From NCBI RefSeq assembly GCF_000018105.1, contig NC_009925.1, positions 1,770,001 through 1,802,000 of the forward strand: a stretch of DNA of 32,000 nucleotides. Direction: 5' to 3'. Positions 1-7,216 of the stretch are shown here, piece by piece; within the stretch, counting starts at the first letter, position 1, and each line of letters starts with the position of its first letter. Position numbers and translations under genes: made by a program. The notes under the pieces are model-generated. The model was not told where the DNA came from, did no database searches, and saw only the letters and a program-made list of their open reading frames with translations. Source of the DNA: Acaryochloris marina MBIC11017. GTDB taxonomy: Bacteria > Cyanobacteriota > Cyanobacteriia > Thermosynechococcales > Thermosynechococcaceae.

Positions 1-426
1 CGCTTGTATGGCTGGCGTTGGCCAGTGGCGGAAGTCAATCTGCGCCATCTCAAAACCACCTTAAAAATGGAGATGCTCAGTGCCAAAACTCCGGATATGG
101 TGCGCAAGGACATTTGGGTACATTTGTTGGGCTATAACCTACTCAGAAGTCTCATGGAACTTGCGGCACCGCTAGCAGATAATGCTAGAACTCAACTGTC
201 TGTGCAAGGAGCACGACAACACTTCAATCAGATGCTTGCTTTGTTGGCGACAGCCAACCGTGCGACCAGAAAGCGGTTGTTTACTCATCTACTTGAGACC
301 ATGGCAGCCGATCTATTACCCTCTCGACCGAATCGGCACGAACCGAGAGTCGTCAAACGCAGACCCAAATCTTTCCCGCGAATGCGACAACCTCGCTCTG
401 CTCTCAAAGCTAAGCTAGCTGTTTGA
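1..426 (+). CDS. IS4-family DDE transposase, C-terminal part (the gene starts upstream of the window)
   Basis: The reading frame is open from base 1; the listed M at base 4 is a TTG inside the frame. The sequence LYGWRWPVAEVNLRHLKTTLKMEMLSAKTPDMVRKDIWVHLLGYNLLR resembles the YxxR..E......K C-terminal signature block of IS4-type transposases. The basic tail (RHEPRVVKRRPKSFPRMRQPR) is also typical. The stop is TGA at 424-426. Confidence 0.75.
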   Translation, partial: RLYGWRWPVAEVNLRHLKTTLKMEMLSAKTPDMVRKDIWVHLLGYNLLRSLMELAAPLADNARTQLSVQGARQHFNQMLALLATANRATRKRLFTHLLETMAADLLPSRPNRHEPRVVKRRPKSFPRMRQPRSALKAKLAV

Positions 427-664
427 TTGAGCTTAAGTCAGTGCCATTGACCCCCAGATAGCGCACCTGGCTCGCCCTCAACGACAGCAGCTCATTCGCC
501 CGATAGGCCGTATTAATCCCCAGCGTAAACAGACACAGATCCCGAGGACTCCACGACAACAGCTGCTTAATCCCCGCAATCGCTTTCTTCATCCGAATTG
601 GCTCCACCTTAATCGAAGAATCCAACTTCGAATGATTCGGATTCGACCCCTTTGGCAACGGCAT
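410..664 (-). pseudogene. Tyrosine recombinase / phage-type integrase, N-terminal fragment, apparently truncated where the IS end abuts it
   Basis: The 84-aa ORF contains SPRDLCLFTLGINTAYRANELLSLRASQV. This matches the start of the catalytic domain of short cyanobacterial tyrosine recombinases (xLFxLGINTGLRxSELLxLR, including the first catalytic Arg region). The rest of the catalytic domain (second R, H-x-x-R, Y) is missing. The ORF runs into the last 17 nt of the transposase CDS, so it is probably interrupted by the IS near 427-450. Confidence 0.5.
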
Positions 665-817
665 AACCTACCTAAAAAGTAATTAAGTTATTTCCCTTAT
701 CAACCTATAACTTAATCACCTCAAATTCCCCTCTCCCTCAACAAAAGCCCCAACCCCCACTCCATATCCCTTTCTCCCATAGAAGAGATGATTAACTAAT
801 GATGGAATAGTCAAACA

Positions 818-836
818 CCTCCGGTAAAACCGGAGG
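818..836. repeat. Subterminal hairpin, copy 1: CCTCCGGTAAAACCGGAGG (8-bp stem, AAA loop)
   Basis: Read directly from the sequence. It is 18/19 identical to 1029-1047, and the single difference is in the loop. Both copies are followed by CTT. Confidence 0.85.
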
Positions 837-1028
837 CTTGGAAGAACCCCTTAAAGGGGATTTTAATCGCTGGTCTTAAACTCTCACTTTTGATGTTGAC
901 GGCAGCACATCTCCATAACACGCTGTTGTCACACTGAAGTCTTACTATAAGGCTAAGGCTTGTGGGGTTTGCAACGCCCAAATTTTTGGATGAGGCTATG
1001 ACCGCGGTAAAGGTTAAACCTTACGAGT

Positions 1029-1047
1029 CCTCCGGTTAAACCGGAGG
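1029..1047. repeat. Subterminal hairpin, copy 2: CCTCCGGTTAAACCGGAGG (8-bp stem, TAA loop)
   Basis: Read directly from the sequence. It is a direct repeat of 818-836, 211 bp away, in the same orientation. Confidence 0.85.
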
Positions 1048-1075
1048 CTTAAGCAGGATAGTTAATCATCTTCAG

Positions 1076-1091
1076 TCATGAAATTTCATGA
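1076..1091. repeat. Perfect 16-nt palindrome TCATGAAATTTCATGA
   Basis: The sequence is self-complementary. It lies 2 nt beyond the right end of the 782-1073 element. Its function is unknown. Confidence 0.7.
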
Positions 1092-1098
1092 GCTGATC

Positions 1099-1143
1099 AG
1101 TTTGTATCACTTACCGAGAATGTCTCGGTAAGTGATACAAACT
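1099..1143 (-). terminator. Perfect 21-bp stem / 3-nt loop hairpin downstream of raf1 (putative terminator or stabiliser, no U-tract)
   Basis: AGTTTGTATCACTTACCGAGA (1099-1119), ATG loop, TCTCGGTAAGTGATACAAACT (1123-1143). It lies 32 nt beyond the raf1 stop on the minus strand. No T-run follows it on either strand, so the terminator role is uncertain. Confidence 0.4.
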
Positions 1144-1174
1144 AAATCGAAAACTTTAAAAATGCAGAAGATTT

Positions 1175-2251
1175 CTACTCATCCGTATGCCAAGGATCTT
1201 TAGTAAAATTTTCATCCAAAATCCGCTTGGGTCGCATCACTAAAACCACCTGCCCATAAAGTTTCTGCTCAGGAGCCTCCGCAAACCACTGCACCTGCAA
1301 CTGCCCATCTGCCTCCACCAAAAAGTAACAGTCCTCATGCCACTGCCGCTGATCACGATCAATAATCACTAACACCTCCTCCGTTGGTCGAGGCAGATCT
1401 GGCCCTAAATCCTGTACCTGCGCTAACAACGCCACCGGATCCTCCGCCCGCAAAATCACCTGCCAACCCGGAACCGGAACCCAAGCACAAGTCCCTGAAA
1501 ACTGCACCATCCCAAACGGTTCTTCTTCCTCAACCACCGGCACCGCCTTCAAATCCGCCAGCGTCAATGGCAAGTGCCCCATCACTGGCATCAACCGGGG
1601 CAACTCCTCCTCTGACTCCAGCCGGAAAAATGGCAGACGGGGAGCCTCTTTCGCCTTCACCACCGAGAAGTCGCTCAATAGCTGCTGTAACTGCTCCCGT
1701 GCCGAATCACTATGGGCATACTTTAGTCCTTGACCAATGAGTCGCGATCTCTCCTGCAAATCATCCTTTTGACGGGCAAAATACCAGCATCGGTAGGCCA
1801 TAGCATCTCCCGGTGTATCGGTAAAACCCACCGGAGTCTCCGAGAGACGACTGAACTCCTTCATCGCCTTTGCGATCGCACGGGCATCATCTGCATCCAA
1901 CTGCTTTTCTGCCGCCAGTGTGGCCGCTGCCGCGCGTTCCACCTGATTCAACACCCGAAACTCATAGAGAATATCGCTACGGCGCTCACCAAAATATTGG
2001 CAAGCCGCTTCTGCGCCCTTATCCTTCAGATTTTGATAGACCTGTCCCGCCACAATAATCTGGTTCTGCTGAATCGGTTCAATCCCAGATTCTTCAAAAA
2101 TCTGCTGGGGACTATAGCCTGCTTTCTGGAGCTGCTGACAAGCCATACCCCAGTCCACCCAAGTTTTTTCCTTGCGACGCAGCATCAGTAAAAGCTGGTC
2201 AACATCAATATCAGGGCTAGATCCAGGGGGTGTAAAGGAAGTCATGGGCAC
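1175..2251 (-). CDS. raf1: RuBisCO accumulation factor 1 (Raf1)
   Basis: The 358-aa product has the Raf1 N-terminal pattern (LRRKEKTWVDWGMACQQLQKAGYSPQQIFEESGIEPIQQNQIIVAGQVY). It also has the middle LPFFRLESEEELPRLMP segment and a C-terminal beta-domain ending in LVMRPKRILDE. Length and layout match cyanobacterial Raf1 as I recall it. It starts 18 nt after the rca-like stop. Confidence 0.85.
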   Translation of the reverse strand: MPMTSFTPPGSSPDIDVDQLLLMLRRKEKTWVDWGMACQQLQKAGYSPQQIFEESGIEPIQQNQIIVAGQVYQNLKDKGAEAACQYFGERRSDILYEFRVLNQVERAAAATLAAEKQLDADDARAIAKAMKEFSRLSETPVGFTDTPGDAMAYRCWYFARQKDDLQERSRLIGQGLKYAHSDSAREQLQQLLSDFSVVKAKEAPRLPFFRLESEEELPRLMPVMGHLPLTLADLKAVPVVEEEEPFGMVQFSGTCAWVPVPGWQVILRAEDPVALLAQVQDLGPDLPRPTEEVLVIIDRDQRQWHEDCYFLVEADGQLQVQWFAEAPEQKLYGQVVLVMRPKRILDENFTKDPWHTDE

Positions 2252-2269
2252 AGGTCGCGATCAACAGAA

Positions 2270-3520
2270 TTACTGGGGACGAACAATCAGTTCTTCTAGG
2301 GTACGGGTTTGGGTACGCGGATCATACCCAATCAACTTAATGTAACTTTGGGGATGATCTTGCAGACAGGTTTGCAACCCCGCCATGGCATCCGTCACCG
2401 TTCGAGGCGCTTGTGGCCAAGTCCAGCTACGCCAAACATTACCCGCCTTTTCCCGTTGCGTAGCGGTTTCTAGATTCAGTTGACTGCCCTGACGCATGGC
2501 TTGCTGAAACAGATGCTCAATCTCATGATGGGCAATATAGTCAGGCCAATCTCCCTGGGATTGAGGAGCGATATCAGCCTGGAGGTAGTGGTTTGCCTCT
2601 GGTTCAGATGGGGGCGGAGACGGTTTAACAGGTTCAGCCTTTGCTCCCGACAGGTAAGCTTGAGCCAAGCCAGCATGGTGCAGACGGTCTTGCTCGCCCA
2701 CCATTGCCTCACCCAGATTAATTAAATAGTCCAACGTCAGAGCCGGGGGCTGGATCTGTACCTGTCGCTCAGGAGAATTGACCAAATAAGTAGAGACGTT
2801 GCCAATACCAAGATTGCGAATAAAGTCTCGCACCTGTTCGTCATAGATGCGCGATCTCAATGCCCCAAAAAAGTCGATGGCCTGGTCGGCAAAATGATTG
2901 ACCAGCTGTTCAATCACAGAACTGGATAACCGATCCGGCTCAAAAATCCCCTGGACAATCCCCAACCGATCCTCATGGTTGGGCTGCCAATAGAACTTAT
3001 CCATCCGCCCATCCCGCACCAGAGGAGCATAGAGGGTGGAAAAATCATTGCCCGTCACTAAAATCGGCACCCGGCGAATGGGCTGAGTATCGTAGCTACC
3101 CGGTAGCTGCACATCCGTGGGGTTATCGGCAATATTCATCAGGGTACCGTTCACCAGCTGGGTATTAACGGTATATTGGGTCGTCTGATCCATTCGACCC
3201 GCTCCCGCATCCAGGTCATTAATCAACAGCACACACATCTTGCCCCGAACCTTGATCAACTCTGCTGCTTCTCGATAGCGCATCCGAATCAAGCGTACCG
3301 GATCGCCCGCATCAGGACTTTCCAGCTCTCCCGCTGACATGCGCACGGGCTCAATGCCCATCTGCTCAAACAACAGTTCACACTGAAACGATTTTCCTTC
3401 TCCCTTGCGACCATGAATCCCCAATATCAAAGGCACCCGCAGCCCTGGCAAGTCCATAAAGTTCTTGGTGATATGGACCGCCAGTCGATCTAGAAATCGA
3501 GGCGATAGATAATAACCCAT
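2270..3520 (-). CDS. rca: RuBisCO activase-like AAA+ protein with a C-terminal small-subunit-like (SSUL) domain
   Basis: Walker A is GIHGRKGEGKS and Walker B is VLLINDLDAGAGR, close to plant Rca GIWGGKGQGKS / LFINDLDAGAGR. A Pro-rich linker (EPVKPSPPPSEPE) follows. The C-terminal ~90 aa ends in SYIKLIGYDPRTQTRTLEELIVRP, which resembles RbcS/CcmM SSUL modules. Confidence 0.9.
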   Translation of the reverse strand: MGYYLSPRFLDRLAVHITKNFMDLPGLRVPLILGIHGRKGEGKSFQCELLFEQMGIEPVRMSAGELESPDAGDPVRLIRMRYREAAELIKVRGKMCVLLINDLDAGAGRMDQTTQYTVNTQLVNGTLMNIADNPTDVQLPGSYDTQPIRRVPILVTGNDFSTLYAPLVRDGRMDKFYWQPNHEDRLGIVQGIFEPDRLSSSVIEQLVNHFADQAIDFFGALRSRIYDEQVRDFIRNLGIGNVSTYLVNSPERQVQIQPPALTLDYLINLGEAMVGEQDRLHHAGLAQAYLSGAKAEPVKPSPPPSEPEANHYLQADIAPQSQGDWPDYIAHHEIEHLFQQAMRQGSQLNLETATQREKAGNVWRSWTWPQAPRTVTDAMAGLQTCLQDHPQSYIKLIGYDPRTQTRTLEELIVRPQ

Positions 3521-3630
3521 GGTCGAAGCTCAAATGTTGGGAGGGGCAAGGTGGATTAAAACATAGGGATATCACACCTAAAAATTAGGCCAACTTGAAT
3601 TAATAGGTATAAACAAAGCTAGCTTAGTCC

Positions 3631-4257
3631 CTACTCTTCAGATCGATCGCGCTTAAACCAGTCCAGCCAAGCAGACCACTTCTGAATAATCACAGCCATT
3701 TCTGTATATCCTGTACTGCCCGGATGATAGCCATCTCTGGCCTTGATATCGTTTAACCAGATGCTGGAGCGCGAGAGAGGCGTCCAAATATCCAAATAGG
3801 GCACATCTAACTCTTGACTGAGAATGCCGAGGTTCTCGGAGAGATTTTTGACTCGCTCATTATGGTCAGGATCTGCGATCGCAGGCGGACCTATCATCAG
3901 AATCGGATATCGCAGCTTTGCCGTCCTAAAAATGCGCCGCGCATTCTCCAGGGACAGGGGCATATCAACCCGACAGTGATCATATTCTTGGGCCGTATCA
4001 TTTACCCCAAAGCTAAAGACCACTCGACCATTGGTGCCCGCCGGACAGCGCGCTTGAACTTCCGATAGCCACCGGTCTTCAATATCAGCGCTCGTACTTT
4101 GGCGAACTCCCAAGTTATAGCTGGTGAAATCATATCCTCGCCGATACATCGTGGCACAGATACGTCCCGTCCATCCCAAACAGCCCAGATCACCCACCCC
4201 GTTAACAAATGAATCCCCCACAAAACAAATCCGCAGATCCTTGTCGTCTTTCGGCAT
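3631..4257 (-). CDS. SGNH/GDSL-family hydrolase (esterase/lipase-like)
   Basis: Block I is ICFVGDSFVNG (GDS nucleophile). GxND-like FSFGVNDT is present, and the C-terminal DGYHP supplies the D-x-x-H catalytic pair. I chose the ATG at 4257 as the start; the listed ORF extends to a TTG at 4272. Confidence 0.8.
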   Translation of the reverse strand: MPKDDKDLRICFVGDSFVNGVGDLGCLGWTGRICATMYRRGYDFTSYNLGVRQSTSADIEDRWLSEVQARCPAGTNGRVVFSFGVNDTAQEYDHCRVDMPLSLENARRIFRTAKLRYPILMIGPPAIADPDHNERVKNLSENLGILSQELDVPYLDIWTPLSRSSIWLNDIKARDGYHPGSTGYTEMAVIIQKWSAWLDWFKRDRSEE

Positions 4258-4400
4258 GATCCAAATACCCAATCACTATTGCTAAGTCATATAGGCTTTA
4301 CGGCAATTGTCAAGGTATTGGCAGCAAACTTTTACAAGTATCCCCCTTACCTTGTGCATGAAGCCTTATCCACTCGTGTCAGCCTGTCAGCACTCCTGAC

Positions 4401-4434
4401 AAAAAGGAGGAGAGGTAGGTTAACCTACCTCTCC
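4401..4434 (-). terminator. Rho-independent terminator of rbcLXS
   Basis: On the minus strand, GGAGAGGTAGG (4424-4434) pairs with CCTACCTCTCC (4409-4419) around a TTAA loop. A U-run follows (the complement of the A-run at 4401-4405). It lies 40 nt after the rbcS stop. Confidence 0.7.
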
Positions 4435-4473
4435 GTTCAGCTCAGAAAGCTAATACCCTATTCACACTAGAGT

Positions 4474-4821
4474 TTAGTAGGGGCGGTACCCACTATTGCT
4501 ACCCGGCTTATGAACAATAAAGCTCATAACTTGGCACTGGCGGATATTGTCAAATCCAACCACCCGCACATACTTGTCAGAGTACTCAGAGCGGCACTCA
4601 TCAATCTCATACAAAACATCCTGAACAGAAGGATTTTTGAATAGAGGCAACTTCCACATGGTCCAGTAGTATGCGGTCGGCTCAGGAGAATCGTTAAACT
4701 CGATCCCTGCAATATAGCCTTGATCCAAAATGTACTGAATTTGACGACGAATCTGCTCGTCATTCAGGGGAGGCAAGTAGGAAAAGGTCTCGAAACGTCT
4801 TTCTATGGGTAAAGTTCTCAT
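4474..4821 (-). CDS. rbcS: RuBisCO small subunit
   Basis: [36 protein letters not shown]...[23 protein letters not shown] is a canonical form-IB RbcS. The start is set at the ATG at 4821; the 12 upstream codons of the listed ORF are not RbcS-like. Confidence 0.95.
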   Translation of the reverse strand: MRTLPIERRFETFSYLPPLNDEQIRRQIQYILDQGYIAGIEFNDSPEPTAYYWTMWKLPLFKNPSVQDVLYEIDECRSEYSDKYVRVVGFDNIRQCQVMSFIVHKPGSNSGYRPY

Positions 4822-4873
4822 GGTTTTATCCGTAGTATTTCCATCAAAAAACTGCAAAAAAGTTTATGGGCGT

Positions 4874-5275
4874 TCAATCCAGCTCTTCGTCAGCATCTGC
4901 TTCAAGCTCATCACCATTAGAAGTGGACTCGGGTGTGGACATTTGGGTCATTCGCTCTAAGAGCTGACGTCGATGTCCCACATTCGATTCTTGAATTCCG
5001 GTCTTAACCATCTCTGGCAGGAACTCAACGACTTCCTCTGCTAAATGCTCTCTCACCGTTAACAACCGCAACGCTAACTCTCGATTCTCTTGCATGAGTG
5101 CTTCGAGGTAAAACTCACCGTCTTGAATTCGATCCGTCGAAGAAAACTCCGACAACCAAATTCCTAAGCCAGGATTAGTCTCATAAAGCTGAGTCACCAC
5201 TAACTTGGCCGCTTGATAGGTCAAATAGCTGATCAGCACTTGGGCTGTATCTTTGGCAACTCGTTTTTGATCCAT
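4874..5275 (-). CDS. rbcX: RuBisCO assembly chaperone RbcX
   Basis: MDQKRVAKDTAQVLISYLTYQAAKLVVTQLYETNP matches the conserved RbcX N-terminus. The gene sits between rbcL and rbcS. I preferred the ATG at 5275 over the GTG at 5287. The C-terminal tail is acidic. Confidence 0.9.
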   Translation of the reverse strand: MDQKRVAKDTAQVLISYLTYQAAKLVVTQLYETNPGLGIWLSEFSSTDRIQDGEFYLEALMQENRELALRLLTVREHLAEEVVEFLPEMVKTGIQESNVGHRRQLLERMTQMSTPESTSNGDELEADADEELD

Positions 5276-5370
5276 GCAATCCAACACATCCCCAATTCAA
5301 ACAGGGATTAAATATTGCGTTGAACAGTTAAGGGAGAAAGGAAAGGAACGTCCATCTTCCTCTATCTGTT

Positions 5371-5395
5371 CAGGGCAAAGGTAGCCTTTGCCCTG
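5371..5395 (-). other. 11-bp stem / 3-nt loop hairpin in the rbcL-rbcX spacer (candidate mRNA stabiliser or processing site)
   Basis: CAGGGCAAAGG-TAG-CCTTTGCCCTG, 13 nt downstream of the rbcL stop. No U-tract follows it, so it is unlikely to be a full terminator. Confidence 0.5.
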
Positions 5396-5407
5396 GCTTC
5401 AAGGGAA

Positions 5408-6838
5408 TTAGACTGTATCCATTGCCTCGAATTCGAACTTAATCTCTTTCCAGACTTCTAAGGCAACAGCCAGTTCAGGACTCCACTTAGCAGCTTCACG
5501 GAGAATGTCGCCACCTTCACGAGCCATGTCGCGCCCTTCGTTACGAGCTTGGACACAGGCTTCAAGCGCAACCCGGTTAGCCGTTGCACCTGGTGCACAA
5601 CCCCAAGGGTGACCCAAGGTTCCACCACCAAACTGGAGCACAGAATCATCACCAAAGATCTCAACTAGGGCAGGCATGTGCCAAACGTGAATACCACCCG
5701 AGGCAACAGCCATAACGCCGCCCATAGAGGCCCAGTCCTGAGTGAAGTAGATACCACGAGACAGATCTTTCTCCACATAGTTCTCACGCAAGAGATCCAC
5801 AAATCCCATGGTGATGCCTTTTTCACCTTCCAACTTACCCACAACCGTGCCGGTATGGATGTGGTCACCACCAGACATGCGGAGACACTTCGAAAGGACA
5901 CGGAAGTGCATACCATGGTTCTTCTGACGGTCAATCACAGCGTGCATGGCTCGGTGAATATGAAGCAGCACACCATTATCACGACACCAGTGGGACAGAG
6001 TAGTGTTAGCGGTAAAACCACCAGTGATAAAGTCATGCATGATGATGGGCATTTCGAGTTCTTTAGCAAACTCAGCCCGCTTCAGCATTTCCTCACAGGT
6101 GGCAGCGGTAACGTTTAGATAGTGACCTTTAATCTCACCGGTTTCTGCTTGGGCTTTATGAATCGCTTCAGCCACAAAGAGGAAGCGATCACGCCAGCGC
6201 ATAAAAGGCTGAGAGTTAATGTTCTCATCATCCTTAGTGAAGTCAAGTCCACCGCGTAGACACTCATAAACAGCTCTACCGTAGTTCTTCGCGGATAGAC
6301 CTAACTTGGGCTTAATGGTGCAACCCAACAAAGGACGGCCATACTTGTTGATCTTGTCACGCTCAACCGTGATTCCGTGAGGAGGACCTTGGAAGGTCTT
6401 CATGTAGGCAACTGGGATACGAATATCTTCAAGACGTAAGGCCCGAAGTGCTTTGAAACCAAACACGTTACCCACAAGGGAGGTCAACAAGTTGACGACT
6501 GACCCTTCCTCAAACAAATCGAGGGGATAGGCAATATAGGCAATGTACTGATTATCTTCGTTGGCAACTGCTTCGATGTCGTAGCAACGGCCTTTGTATC
6601 GATCCAAATCGGTTAACAGGTCAGTCCACACAGTGGTCCAGGTTCCTGTTGAGGATTCAGCCGCAACAGCAGCACCAGCTTCTTCGGGAGGAACACCTGG
6701 TTGAGGGGTCATCCGGAAGGCAGCGAGGATATCTGTATCTTTTGGGGTGTAGTCCGGCGTGTAATAGGTTAGCTTGTAGTCTTTAACGCCAGCATCATAT
6801 CCGGCCTTTGACTGAGTTCTAGTTTGTGAATAGGACAT
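5408..6838 (-). CDS. rbcL: RuBisCO large subunit, form IB
   Basis: The 476-aa product starts [30 protein letters not shown]. It contains the active-site blocks [25 protein letters not shown] and [17 protein letters not shown]. The start is set at the ATG at 6838; GAGG lies 13-16 nt upstream. Confidence 0.97.
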   Translation of the reverse strand: MSYSQTRTQSKAGYDAGVKDYKLTYYTPDYTPKDTDILAAFRMTPQPGVPPEEAGAAVAAESSTGTWTTVWTDLLTDLDRYKGRCYDIEAVANEDNQYIAYIAYPLDLFEEGSVVNLLTSLVGNVFGFKALRALRLEDIRIPVAYMKTFQGPPHGITVERDKINKYGRPLLGCTIKPKLGLSAKNYGRAVYECLRGGLDFTKDDENINSQPFMRWRDRFLFVAEAIHKAQAETGEIKGHYLNVTAATCEEMLKRAEFAKELEMPIIMHDFITGGFTANTTLSHWCRDNGVLLHIHRAMHAVIDRQKNHGMHFRVLSKCLRMSGGDHIHTGTVVGKLEGEKGITMGFVDLLRENYVEKDLSRGIYFTQDWASMGGVMAVASGGIHVWHMPALVEIFGDDSVLQFGGGTLGHPWGCAPGATANRVALEACVQARNEGRDMAREGGDILREAAKWSPELAVALEVWKEIKFEFEAMDTV

Positions 6839-7216
6839 GTTGCTCTTGAACAACCTCATCTAAACGTGATAAATCCCGGACAAAACAACTGAGGCTAACT
6901 TTTCAGGTAGCCCGCAAAAAATGTTGAATTTTATCCTGCAAAAATCGCCTAATGCCAACTCTTCAACGGCAAGCGAATCATAGCTTTCCTTAAGATGGCC
7001 GCCTTGAGAGGAATACTGGAGAAAGATATTTCCAACAGAAATACTCTGGAATTGGCTAAAACTCAATTTACCAGAGATTGCATAAGTTTAACTTTGGAGG
7101 TTTTGAACCTTTTGATAAGTAAATCTTATTCAATATAAGTGGATTAAGCGTATTTCATCTTTACAAGGATTCACATTAGCAAATGTAATTACCCTCACAC
7201 AACTCAGGCTTCGCTT

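Larger units (their letters stand above)
782..1073 (+). mobile_element. ~292-bp non-coding element with terminal inverted repeats and paired subterminal hairpins (MITE/PATE-like, or a structured ncRNA)
   Basis: GAAGAGATGATTAACTA (782-798) is the reverse complement of TAGTTAATCATCTTC (1059-1073), apart from a 2-nt bulge. Inside each end lies a near-identical 19-nt GC hairpin (818-836 and 1029-1047). There is no ORF of 60 aa or more. Internal hairpins are at 847-859 and at 898-906/922-930. The strand was assigned only from two G.U pairs in the 898-930 stem. Confidence 0.45.

Noticed and set aside
782-1073. Whether the structured non-coding element is a tRNA, tmRNA, RNase P RNA, 6S RNA or a CRISPR array.
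   Set aside because: There is no cloverleaf or T-loop (GGTTCGAATCC-like) sequence, no RNase P GGAAAGTCC-type P4 motif and no tmRNA tag ORF or CCA end. Only two repeat copies are present, 211 bp apart, so it is not CRISPR-like.
1384-1740. 118-aa Pro-rich ORF (…PPDPPPAKSPANPEPEPK…) on the plus strand, plus 1730-2191 and 1870-2058.
   Set aside because: All three lie entirely antisense to the well-supported raf1 CDS. The low-complexity Pro/Ser composition is typical of shadow frames. There is no start context..
4279-4470. 63-aa plus-strand ORF between the hydrolase gene and rbcS.
   Set aside because: It spans the rbcLXS terminator hairpin (4409-4434) and intergenic sequence. Its start is a TTG with no RBS, and the peptide has no recognisable features.
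6860-7066. 68-aa minus-strand ORF directly upstream of rbcL, and the 7-codon N-terminal extension of the listed rbcL ORF (6839-6859).
   Set aside because: RbcL homology begins at MSYSQT (ATG 6838). The upstream ORF lies in the expected rbcL 5' UTR/promoter region, has no motif, and is AT-rich non-coding-like sequence.
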